From the IMG/VR virus record IMGVR_UViG_2675903509_000012: 8,824 bases of DNA. One strand, 5' to 3'. Below are positions 1 through 7,590 of the stretch, in pieces; positions within the stretch are counted from its first letter, which is position 1; each line of letters opens with the position of its first letter. The translations under genes were made by a program, and so were the position numbers. Source of the stretch: a virus (lineage: Duplodnaviria > Heunggongvirae > Uroviricota > Caudoviricetes). The notes under the pieces are model-generated. The model was not told the DNA's origin, did not search any database, and saw only the letters and a list, made by a program, of their open reading frames with translations.

Positions 1-1
1 A

Positions 2-649
2 CGAATATATGTTTTTCTTCTTTGCTGCTCTAGACTTAGATCCTTTAAGTCGATTAAAGGAGCAGCACAACGTTGGGCAAAGAGCTTTGCCAGAGTATGT
101 AAAGTAGCAATGATTTCTCTCTTACCTGCACATGGCACCGTAAGAATTTTTGATGCTAACTCCGATGATAGGCAAAATTATTATGGAACAAATCTTCGGA
201 CAGCTCTACAAACTTTAGGAAAAGATCTTGGAGTTTGTAGTTTAAACACAAGGGAAATAAATAGAGCTCCCACATCTGGTGATGCCGGGTTTGACCTAAT
301 TGCTACAGTGGAATTTCCTGATGGTCAAACTAGCAACTATGGAATTCTTGGTCAATGTGGTGCACAAGAAACAGGGTGGCCAAGCAAAACATTAGAGGCT
401 AACGTGTTAAAACTGACCACCTATTTCCAAATTGCGTTCCAGCATCCATCAACAATGTTCACGCCTGTTTTCTATCGGGAAGCAAATGGCGAATGGGTAA
501 GCACACACGCAACCGCTGGGGTATTATTATTAGATAGGTTGAGAATCATATATCTACTTGATAAGGCAAACCAATGGGAAGCGATAACTACCTCTGATTG
601 GTTTCGCGAATTTGAGGAAGAGCTTTATACATTAAATCCAGAGCCTTAA
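2..649 (+). CDS. 5'-truncated gene of unknown function (start lies left of the window); candidate restriction endonuclease or other effector paired with the adjacent m5C methyltransferase
   Basis: The frame of the listed 110..649 ORF has no stop codon back to position 2, so the listed Met is probably internal. It ends at TAA 647-649, 7 bp from the stop of the convergent methyltransferase. Both genes are visibly more AT-rich than the phage backbone. I recognise no family motif by eye. Confidence 0.6.
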   Translation, partial: RIYVFLLCCSRLRSFKSIKGAAQRWAKSFARVCKVAMISLLPAHGTVRIFDANSDDRQNYYGTNLRTALQTLGKDLGVCSLNTREINRAPTSGDAGFDLIATVEFPDGQTSNYGILGQCGAQETGWPSKTLEANVLKLTTYFQIAFQHPSTMFTPVFYREANGEWVSTHATAGVLLLDRLRIIYLLDKANQWEAITTSDWFREFEEELYTLNPEP

Positions 650-656
650 TAGCTTA

Positions 657-1601
657 TCAATCCCATAATTCTATTGGCAATGCCTTCGTTACAGCTTCAA
701 AAAGCGGCGGAGGCACTGCATTACCAACCACCGTGTATTTCATGCCAAGACTTGCAGCATTTGTTTCTGGAAACACTAGATCCTCAAACCCTTGTAATAG
801 TGCTGCCTCTCGAAAACTGAATCTGCGAGCTCTCCGATCCTCAACAAATCTCCATTCATCAGTTCTTACTTTCTCCATCGGAGGACTGACAGGATGCAAC
901 GGCATATGCCTTGCATTAGCAACTATTGTCTTTGAAATTTGATCCCAATCCTGGCGACGATTGCGAGACATATAATACCAATGGAATCCCATATCATAAA
1001 ATTCACCTTCTGGCCATTCAGGTAAATGCCCTATAGCATCTTTAATAGTAACATAGTTGACGCCAGTTGCTGGCCCATGAGTTGGCTGAGGGAACTCGTA
1101 CTTAACTTTGAAATCATTACGGATTCCTACGATAAATATTCTTTTTCTTTCCTGCGCTACTCCATATTCAGCCGCATTTAAAACTTTTGCGGAAACAGTA
1201 TAACCTGCTTCAGTAAAAACCCTGATCTGGTCAAATAACAAATGCTCAAAATTTTTTCTAACCATACCAGACACGTTTTCTACTATAAAAGCTTTAGGCT
1301 TTATATTGTTTAAAGCTCTAGCAAACTCTAAATAAAGAGTATTAATTTTTCGATCGGCTTTACGCGCACCACCCTGGCTGAATCCCTGACATGGATAACA
1401 ACCTACCAGCAAATCAGATTTAGGAAAAGTAGTTACATCAGCAATATTGCCTAATATGTAATCAGTTTCTGGATGATTGGCAATATAAACATCGCGCGCA
1501 TACGGCAAGATATCGTTGGCCATAAGCACATCAAAGCCGGCTCTCAAAACCCCCGCATCGGAACCACCGCATCCAGAAAAAAGTGAAACTACTGTTGGCA
1601 T
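657..1601 (-). CDS. DNA (cytosine-5)-methyltransferase, small Type II-like m5C MTase
   Basis: 314 aa with the canonical m5C-MTase motifs in order: SLFSGCGG (motif I, AdoMet binding), GCYPCQGFS (motif IV, catalytic Pro-Cys), FIVENVSGM (motif VI, ENV), QERKRIFIVG (motif VIII), FREAALLQGFED (motif IX), TVVGNAVPPPL (motif X). ATG at 1601-1599 is preceded by the SD AGGAGG (complement of 1605-1612). Confidence 0.9.
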   Translation of the reverse strand: MPTVVSLFSGCGGSDAGVLRAGFDVLMANDILPYARDVYIANHPETDYILGNIADVTTFPKSDLLVGCYPCQGFSQGGARKADRKINTLYLEFARALNNIKPKAFIVENVSGMVRKNFEHLLFDQIRVFTEAGYTVSAKVLNAAEYGVAQERKRIFIVGIRNDFKVKYEFPQPTHGPATGVNYVTIKDAIGHLPEWPEGEFYDMGFHWYYMSRNRRQDWDQISKTIVANARHMPLHPVSPPMEKVRTDEWRFVEDRRARRFSFREAALLQGFEDLVFPETNAASLGMKYTVVGNAVPPPLFEAVTKALPIELWD

Positions 1602-1604
1602 TAT

Positions 1605-1640
1605 CCCCTCCTAAAACCGACCGCGTATTATAGCGAAAGC
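1605..1640 (-). promoter_or_regulatory. Candidate RBS and sigma70 -10 element for the methyltransferase
   Basis: On the - strand, a consensus TATAAT (complement of 1627-1632) lies about 20 nt upstream of the SD AGGAGG. No convincing -35 was found, so this is weak. Confidence 0.3.
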
Positions 1641-1802
1641 CTCCGTATATAGAAGCAGGTTTTGAACAAGATTATGTTCTCACTTTTTAACAACTGTGGC
1701 CATAAAAAATTAGCTCAATATGAAAAACAGATTAATTCATTGTTTTTCATAGAAAAATCCCACAAACACTATAACATTCCCACAACACTGCAGTAGTAGT
1801 CA

Positions 1803-4079
1803 TTATTGTTTAACTGAAAAAACCGACCACTCATTAGCGACCGGATACGTGAATTTTTTCCCGTCATAATTTACGGTTGCCCCACGCGCCAGCGCCTCAA
1901 GCTCCCATCGCTGCGGCCTGATACCGTTCTGAGCAAGGTCAACGCGGATACGGGTAATTTGCATTCGTTCCGACCGGGTCAGTCTGGCCGATGGTGCCAT
2001 TTCATGCGGTTTTAACGGGCTTCCGTTTCTTTGCTGGCGATTTGGTGTTCTCAGGCCATGTTTTAATGCACCTCTGAGCGCCCTCACGACCTCCGGGTCA
2101 TTCCATTCGATGACACCGTCATCAACCAGATTAAGCACTGCTGCGGCGTGCTCAGAAGGTGTGGGAGCTGGTAACGAAGTATCACCACCGGTGAGCTTTC
2201 CACAGTTATTGACAGGACTCCGAGGCGCGGCGATGCCGCTTTTTAAAGTCAAAGGCTCAACGACCGGAACTTTCGGCACAATGCGCCAGTCCGTCGTTCT
2301 GGTGATATGAATATGACGCGCGCCGAGATGCGGCGCGTAAATGCCGACCACTCTCTCGACTTCTTCCTCGTACTCGTTAACGTCATCCGACGGGCTACGG
2401 GCGACCCTGACAGTCTGACAATCGCGCGGGACATTTGCCCCGCCCTGCGCGCTGATATACAACGCAAAATCACCACTGTCTGCAGCGGCGCGTGCAGCCT
2501 CGACGCGCTCGTCAAACTCATGAGCAATGCTGACGCCGCGAGGCAATTTGCGTAGTTCACGGTAAGCCCCCATTGTCGGCAGACCAACCGTTTTAAATTG
2601 CGGGATGCGCCACGTTGACGCCCATGCGGTAACAGCCGCGGCAGTGTCTTTCAGCGGTCTGCCGGTATCATTATCGAGCTGACCATCCAGTGCATATCCG
2701 TCGATATTTTTTGAGATGTATTTCGCGATATACCCCGCAGCACCGCCCCGGTTAAGGTGTTTCGCCTGAAAACGGTTTCGCGCGGCTCCTCTTTCGTCGC
2801 CATCCTCTTTGAGCGCATAGCGACGCATGATTTCGATAATCTGGTTACGCTGGCGTGGATTACAAAAAAGCATCATATGCCAGTGCGGCGTTCCGTCGTG
2901 GTGTGGCTCGACGACTCGCAACCCGTAGACCTGTAAATCATTATCCTTGAATGCCGTGCGCATCAGGCTCCAGATACGGCAGAGATAACGCTGCGCATCC
3001 TTTGGATTAAATGCCTCATCGTTCCAGCCGTGATTTAGCTGGACGGTTTTACTTTCGCCTTTTCTGACCTGACGTGTCGGATGATACTTTGACGGCGCGG
3101 TCAGCGTGATAAACATCCCCACATCACCCTCTGCGGCGGCGTAACGCTCAATACCGGCGATGGTGTTCATCAGCTCCATCCGGCGAATTTCAGGATTAGA
3201 AATACTGCCCATCACCTTACTGATAAGGTCGATGCGCTCGCCGGTTTCCCTGTTTTCAAGGTCACACGATTTAAGAAATTCCAGATTTGCCTGGCGGCGT
3301 GCACGTACATCACGAATGGCATGTTTACTGGCATAAGGAGAACGGTCTTTATTCACCTCCCCGACAGCAATCAGTAACGCCTCATGCCAGCGCATACGCT
3401 GGCCTTTAAGCTGATGAGTCCACCACTCATCGTTAAACAGACGGGCAATGGCAGAATATGCCTGCCTCGTGGTTATCTGTCCTTTACGGTATTTTTTCCA
3501 GTAGAGCGGGGAAATATTGAAAGCACGTGCAGCGCCAGCAACATGACCATACAGATGATCCTGCGCCTCATCCGTAAACAGCGATTCTTTTTCGCCATGC
3601 GCATCCACCCAGGCATCGCAGAGTTCCTCATACATCATGAAAAGCTGCGATGAGATACGGGCGGCAAACTTTTTCAGCTCCTTGTCATTCATCCCCGGCA
3701 GACGCGCATAATGGTCACGCTCTGCCAGAAACAGCAACGACGCGTCGGTGTTCATTTCATGGCGCTGATTCACACGCTCAATGCGCGGCCATAAACGACG
3801 CTGAAAAGTGGATGTGAGAAAATAAAACCCGTGCACCGGGCTTTTATTGCGCCGGATGTAGTCATAGCGTGAAGTAAACAGCGAGCGCAAAAAGTAAGGC
3901 AGGCGGTTAATCGTGGATAAAACACCTTGCACCTGACGCATCTCGTCACGTGTAAGGGGTCTTTCGCGCCCGACGGCCTCGCGTGGCGCGTTCCATGCAT
4001 AAGCACCGGTAAACGTCTTACCGGTGCCTGCGGCAAATGCTGACGGAGGGACAAAACGCCCGGAGGCTTTAACGGCCAT
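1803..4079 (-). CDS. A: P2 gene A-like replication initiator (rolling-circle nicking endonuclease)
   Basis: Roughly 760-aa product, near-colinear with the P2 A protein as I recall it (MAVKASGRFVPPSAFAAGTGK... N-terminus). The ORF-track start at 4121 is a TTG; the in-frame ATG at 4079 gives the MAVKASGRF start and overlaps the stop of the upstream small ORF. Confidence 0.92.
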   Translation of the reverse strand: MAVKASGRFVPPSAFAAGTGKTFTGAYAWNAPREAVGRERPLTRDEMRQVQGVLSTINRLPYFLRSLFTSRYDYIRRNKSPVHGFYFLTSTFQRRLWPRIERVNQRHEMNTDASLLFLAERDHYARLPGMNDKELKKFAARISSQLFMMYEELCDAWVDAHGEKESLFTDEAQDHLYGHVAGAARAFNISPLYWKKYRKGQITTRQAYSAIARLFNDEWWTHQLKGQRMRWHEALLIAVGEVNKDRSPYASKHAIRDVRARRQANLEFLKSCDLENRETGERIDLISKVMGSISNPEIRRMELMNTIAGIERYAAAEGDVGMFITLTAPSKYHPTRQVRKGESKTVQLNHGWNDEAFNPKDAQRYLCRIWSLMRTAFKDNDLQVYGLRVVEPHHDGTPHWHMMLFCNPRQRNQIIEIMRRYALKEDGDERGAARNRFQAKHLNRGGAAGYIAKYISKNIDGYALDGQLDNDTGRPLKDTAAAVTAWASTWRIPQFKTVGLPTMGAYRELRKLPRGVSIAHEFDERVEAARAAADSGDFALYISAQGGANVPRDCQTVRVARSPSDDVNEYEEEVERVVGIYAPHLGARHIHITRTTDWRIVPKVPVVEPLTLKSGIAAPRSPVNNCGKLTGGDTSLPAPTPSEHAAAVLNLVDDGVIEWNDPEVVRALRGALKHGLRTPNRQQRNGSPLKPHEMAPSARLTRSERMQITRIRVDLAQNGIRPQRWELEALARGATVNYDGKKFTYPVANEWSVFSVKQ
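2209..2228 (-). other. Candidate origin nick site inside gene A
   Basis: The - strand reads GCGCCTCGGAGTCCTGTCAA, which matches my recollection of the P2 ori sequence nicked by the A protein. It lies in the distal part of A (codons for AAPRSPVN), as in P2. This is recalled, not searched. Confidence 0.45.
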
Positions 4080-4344
4080 ATGAGCCAAAAGCCTCTGAAC
4101 AACGCTTGCTGAGTTGCTCAACCTGCGCGTTTAAATCAGCAAAAGATTTTGCGCTTCCGGTCAGAATATCGTGATGCATCAGGCCGGAAACGAGCTGGCT
4201 TAATTTCGGGTAATAACCAACCACCGACAGCCATTCCTGACCGGCGTTTTTACCGCTTTCCGCTCTCTTTTTCTCGTGGAGAATAAACTGAAAGCTGTCA
4301 CTGGTAACGACATAACGTTCGCCAATTTCAATACGAATACTCAT
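4069..4344 (-). CDS. Hypothetical small protein of the early operon (position of P2 orf83)
   Basis: 91-aa ORF. Its ATG overlaps the stop of the upstream ORF (ATGA) and its stop overlaps the start of A. Order and size fit the P2 orf80-83 block. Confidence 0.7.
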   Translation of the reverse strand: MSIRIEIGERYVVTSDSFQFILHEKKRAESGKNAGQEWLSVVGYYPKLSQLVSGLMHHDILTGSAKSFADLNAQVEQLSKRCSEAFGSYGR

Positions 4345-4565
4345 GCCGTTCTCCGGTAATGTTTGTTTTTTGCTTCAAAGACTGACTGACAGGAAACACA
4401 ACGCGTGGCTGACGGATAAGCCGCACGACGGGCAGCAGGTATTGGCGCGTCACACTCTTCGCAAACCAGCGAAGAAACACCGCAATGTTTTACCCTTGCC
4501 GCGTTAATCTGGCGCTCCAGTAATTCAGCCTGTTGTTCCTGAATAAAATCTACGTTGTCCGGCAT
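4341..4565 (-). CDS. TraR/DksA-family C4 zinc-finger protein (P2 orf82-like)
   Basis: 74 aa with CEECDAPIPAARR...RCVSCQ...KHY, the four-cysteine motif and spacing of F-plasmid TraR and the DksA C-terminus. Start overlaps the upstream stop (TAATG). Confidence 0.85.
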   Translation of the reverse strand: MPDNVDFIQEQQAELLERQINAARVKHCGVSSLVCEECDAPIPAARRAAYPSATRCVSCQSVFEAKNKHYRRTA

Positions 4566-4867
4566 TACCAGCTCCTTTTATCGTTAAGTATCCTGGATAC
4601 ATCAGCGCAATAACTGGCAAGTTCTGTCGTTAATTTTGTCAGTTCATCCACGGAGGAAATTTGCTTGTGGAATACAGCGCGTTTAACAAGTAAATTGACC
4701 ACATCAGACAGGAGGTTTAATTCATTCTGATAAATCGCGATAACAGATTCAGTGATGTCGCGTTTTTCTTTATCAAGACAAAGTTGAATAAGAGACAAAT
4801 CGCCATTTTCCATAACGGCGATTTTTAAGGCGTTATTCAGTAATACAACTGAATGAGAACAGGACAT
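4565..4867 (-). CDS. Hypothetical small protein of the early operon (P2 orf81 position)
   Basis: The ORF-track start at 4870 is a TTG; the ATG one codon in (4867) overlaps the stop of the upstream ORF (ATGA), so 4867 is the more likely start. Confidence 0.7.
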   Translation of the reverse strand: MSCSHSVVLLNNALKIAVMENGDLSLIQLCLDKEKRDITESVIAIYQNELNLLSDVVNLLVKRAVFHKQISSVDELTKLTTELASYCADVSRILNDKRSW

Positions 4868-5091
4868 CAAAGCACCTCCCCGCGAGACAATCCGATATTG
4901 TGAAATTTTTCCGACTCCTGACTGAGCAGCTCGACTATCTCCACGCGGGATAACTCCGCCTTTGTTATGTGGCGAATCATGGCGTCAAGATGAGAAGAAA
5001 AGCGCGTCGCAGCGTCGGCCTGTGCTTCGGTTCTGGCCTGTTGCAGCAGTAATGCGAATTTACCGCACTGATTTTCAGAAACTGTATGCAT
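4867..5091 (-). CDS. Hypothetical small protein of the early operon (P2 orf80 position)
   Basis: 74-aa ORF with ATG at 5091 and a GGAG SD upstream; sits downstream of B in P2 order. Confidence 0.7.
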   Translation of the reverse strand: MHTVSENQCGKFALLLQQARTEAQADAATRFSSHLDAMIRHITKAELSRVEIVELLSQESEKFHNIGLSRGEVL

Positions 5092-5154
5092 GACTTTCTC
5101 CAGGCAAAAAGAAGCCCCGCACGATTAAGTGCGTTAAAAACTCTGATTAATTAT

Positions 5155-5655
5155 TTAATGCAGATATTGCTCTGGTTTTACCGACGTCAGAATTGTCGGT
5201 GCATACTCAAACAGGCTGAATAATTCACGTAATGCACGGAATAAAGCATCACGCCAGTAACATGATTCTTCATTAATTCGCCAGTATGGCTGGTTAAATT
5301 CTTTTTCTGTCAGTCGTGCGTGCATAAATAAAGTACGGCGCTGACTGACTGTTAAAAAACTAATATATGCATACTCACTTGCGCCAACCTGACGGCGTTT
5401 TGAGAATGCCCCACGCAGTTCATCAATTGCACATACCAGTCGTTCACGTTCGACGTCGTTCATTTCTTCAAAACGCATCGTTGCGTGACGCTGTTTTAAC
5501 TGCGCATGAAAGCAAACCGTTAGCCGTTCGCGTTCCATCATCTGATTATAATAATCGCATGTCTCCTGCCAGCGAGGGACGGCAAGATGCTTACCAATTA
5601 TCCGGCGCATAGTTGCTGGCTGTTTTTCAACGAGATTAAGCGTCATCACTGTCAT
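5155..5655 (-). CDS. B: P2 gene B-like replication protein (helicase loader)
   Basis: 166 aa, the same length as P2 B, and the sequence matches my recollection of it (MTVMTLNLVEKQP...EQYLH). Its ATG overlaps the stop of the upstream small ORF. Confidence 0.85.
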   Translation of the reverse strand: MTVMTLNLVEKQPATMRRIIGKHLAVPRWQETCDYYNQMMERERLTVCFHAQLKQRHATMRFEEMNDVERERLVCAIDELRGAFSKRRQVGASEYAYISFLTVSQRRTLFMHARLTEKEFNQPYWRINEESCYWRDALFRALRELFSLFEYAPTILTSVKPEQYLH

Positions 5656-5849
5656 TTCCAGACCCTCCGGCTTTTCAGAAAGGTCAGAGCCTTTTTTAAC
5701 GGACTCTGTTTTTTGGTGCGGATAATGATTCCCTTGCGACCCTTCCCGTGGGTGATGGTGAAGTCAATCGCCCTGGGGCTTTCGTTACGCAGTAACTGAG
5801 CAATACAACGCGGCTCATTCATAATCACAACCCCATCCACAAAAGCCAT
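5652..5849 (-). CDS. Hypothetical small protein between cox and B (position of P2 orf78)
   Basis: 65-aa ORF whose stop overlaps the B start (ATGA). An alternative in-frame ATG at 5822 lies 2 nt after the cox stop. Support is positional only. Confidence 0.5.
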   Translation of the reverse strand: MAFVDGVVIMNEPRCIAQLLRNESPRAIDFTITHGKGRKGIIIRTKKQSPLKKALTFLKSRRVWK

Positions 5850-6112
5850 GCATCACGCTGTTCAACCGGTCGGTTATAAAACGCCTCACGTACAGCGCGA
5901 TTAAACTCAGGAATGAAAACCCATTTTTCACCGGCACGAGCCTTCGGTTTGCAAGGATCACGCAATTCAATAATTGGTAATTTATTTGCCTTCACCATTT
6001 CACTGACGGCTGTCTTTGGCTTCCCTAATAAATCAGCAAATTTATCCACATGAACCGCATCAAGCGGATACTGAATCACATAATTTTCAGCGTCCATATA
6101 TGGTACCCTCAT
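5825..6112 (-). CDS. cox: Cox-like excisionase/directionality factor and early-promoter regulator
   Basis: About 90 aa, first gene of the early operon and divergent from the C repressor. The C-terminal pattern KLPIIE...AGEKWVFIPEFN...RDAWLLWMGL resembles P2 Cox as I recall it. The internal ATG at 6097 has a better SD (GAGGG) than 6112 and gives a 90-aa product. Confidence 0.8.
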   Translation of the reverse strand: MRVPYMDAENYVIQYPLDAVHVDKFADLLGKPKTAVSEMVKANKLPIIELRDPCKPKARAGEKWVFIPEFNRAVREAFYNRPVEQRDAWLLWMGL

Positions 6113-6233
6113 AGGATCCAGCCCTTTCTAAACCACTCAAAACCGTTTAGACGCTGGTTTATTCTCAAATCAATGGAACCTATATAGGTTCCAGTTTTGA
6201 GGGAATTTAGTCCCTATATAGGCACCATGTCAA
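6113..6233. promoter_or_regulatory. Immunity switch between cox and C, with candidate repressor operators and early promoter
   Basis: Perfect 18-bp palindrome GGAACCTATATAGGTTCC at 6175-6192 and a second CCTATATAGG at 6213-6222. On the - strand a consensus -35 TTGACA (complement of 6228-6233) is followed about 18 bp later by a -10-like TAAATT (complement of 6204-6209), so the repeats flank the candidate early-promoter -10. Confidence 0.55.
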
Positions 6234-6527
6234 ATGAAATTAAGCGAAAAGATTAAGGCCTTGCGTGAGGCTGAAGGGCTAAGCCAATCAAAATTCTGTG
6301 AAATCATAGAGTTACCGCTAAGCACACTTAAAAAATATGAAGGAGGAAACTTTGAACCCGGTGGCACAGCTTTGCTAAAAATCACTATGCATCCCACATT
6401 CCAAAAATATGCTCTATGGCTTATGACAGATAAAACCGCGCCGGACGCAGGACAAATCGCACCGGCTCTCGCGCACATTGGGCCAGAGTCAACAGAGTCC
6501 AACCACTCCGCGAAAAGGATTGGCTAA
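6234..6527 (+). CDS. C: P2 C-type immunity repressor
   Basis: 97 aa (P2 C is 99) with an N-terminal helix-turn-helix-like region. The C-terminal half (HPTFQKYALWLMTDKTAPDAGQIAPALAHIG) closely resembles P2 C as I recall it. Divergent from cox and upstream of int, as in P2. Confidence 0.85.
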   Translation: MKLSEKIKALREAEGLSQSKFCEIIELPLSTLKKYEGGNFEPGGTALLKITMHPTFQKYALWLMTDKTAPDAGQIAPALAHIGPESTESNHSAKRIG

Positions 6528-6596
6528 CTCTATATAAAGATTACATTTTCACCATTTGCTACCAAGATGGTGAATACAGCGCCGGAGGGCTTTCTT

Positions 6597-7577
6597 ATGG
6601 CAATTAAGAAGCTCGATGACGGTCGCTATGAAGTGGACATTAGACCTCGCGGTCGCGACGGAAAACGCATCCGCAGGAAATTCGAAAGAAAAGCTGAAGC
6701 ACTAGCATTTGAGCGATACACAATCGCCAATGCCAGTCAGAAAGAATGGGGAGGCCAGCGAGCAGACCGCCGAACTTTGAGTGAGTTGCTGGACATCTGG
6801 TGGAAATATCACGGGCAAAACCACGAGCATGGAACAAAAGAGTTTAATCATCTACTCAAAACCATCAGCGGCATAGGTGATATACCAGTGAGCCGGATGA
6901 GCAAAAGGGCTTTGATGGATTATCGTTCCATGCGACTACGTGATGGTATCAGTGCCGCAACGATAAACCGTGACATGTACCGATTATCCGGCATGTTCAC
7001 AAAATTAATTCAATTGGATGAATTTTCCGGGCAACACCCAATTCACGGACTGCCGCCACTGGCGGAGGCCAACCCTGAAATGACGTTCCTGGAAAAAGCA
7101 GAAATCGAAAAACTGTTAAATGTTTTGGCTGGTGATGACTTACTTGTCGCGCTTTTATGTCTGAGCACTGGAGGAAGATGGACGGAAGTTGCCACGCTAA
7201 AACCAGCACAGATTACAAATTGCAGGGTTACCTTCCTGAAAACCAAAAACGGTAAAAAGCGAACCGTGCCGATTTCTGAGGAACTGGAGAAAAAAGTTAA
7301 AGAGGAGGCCAGCGCCAAATTATTCAAAGTTGATTATGAGAAATTTTGCGGGATTTTACGCAGAGTGAAACCTGATATACCACCCAATCAGGCAACCCAC
7401 ATCCTGCGGCATACATTCGCAAGCCATTTCATGATGAATGGGGGCAATATAATCGCACTGCAACAGATTCTGGGACATGCGAGCATTCAGCAGACGATGG
7501 CCTATGCGCACCTTGCGCCTGACTACCTGCAAAATGCCGTCGCTCTGAATCCACTAAAAGGCGGAGTGACGTTATAA
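6597..7577 (+). CDS. int: Tyrosine integrase, P2 Int family
   Basis: N-terminus MAIKKLDDGRYEVDIRPRG matches the P2 Int start as I recall it. C-terminal catalytic signature of tyrosine recombinases: R (TGGRWTE), HxxRH (HILRHTFASH), LGH and the tyrosine in MAYAHL. ATG 6597 has the SD GGAGGG 7 nt upstream; the ORF-track start at 6567 lacks one. Confidence 0.9.
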   Translation: MAIKKLDDGRYEVDIRPRGRDGKRIRRKFERKAEALAFERYTIANASQKEWGGQRADRRTLSELLDIWWKYHGQNHEHGTKEFNHLLKTISGIGDIPVSRMSKRALMDYRSMRLRDGISAATINRDMYRLSGMFTKLIQLDEFSGQHPIHGLPPLAEANPEMTFLEKAEIEKLLNVLAGDDLLVALLCLSTGGRWTEVATLKPAQITNCRVTFLKTKNGKKRTVPISEELEKKVKEEASAKLFKVDYEKFCGILRRVKPDIPPNQATHILRHTFASHFMMNGGNIIALQQILGHASIQQTMAYAHLAPDYLQNAVALNPLKGGVTL

Positions 7578-7590
7578 ATTTCCCCCTCTG

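Noticed and set aside
2-649. Possibility that the partner gene is a Vsr-type mismatch endonuclease
   Set aside because: Vsr genes are normally co-oriented with and overlap their MTase, and the Vsr active-site motifs are not evident; here the genes converge.
733-942. 69-aa + strand ORF
   Set aside because: Lies entirely antisense within the well-supported methyltransferase gene and has no RBS; an artefact of that frame.
1674-1796. 40-aa + strand ORF in the A-methyltransferase intergenic region
   Set aside because: Short, in AT-rich DNA where random ORFs are common, antisense to the local transcription direction, and no RBS. A small controller protein cannot be fully excluded.
2110-2587. Three overlapping ORFs (2110..2310 +, 2249..2587 -, 2307..2555 +)
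   Set aside because: All are embedded in the gene A coding region in other frames or on the opposite strand; A is continuous and homologous across them.
3384-4102. ORFs 3384..3653 + and 3770..4102 -
   Set aside because: Both overlap gene A out of frame or antisense, with no independent support.
5367-5799. ORFs 5367..5612 + and 5587..5799 +
   Set aside because: Antisense to B and the cox-proximal small ORF; the operon is clearly - strand.
6230-6502. 90-aa - strand ORF
   Set aside because: Antisense to the C repressor gene, which has clear P2 C similarity.
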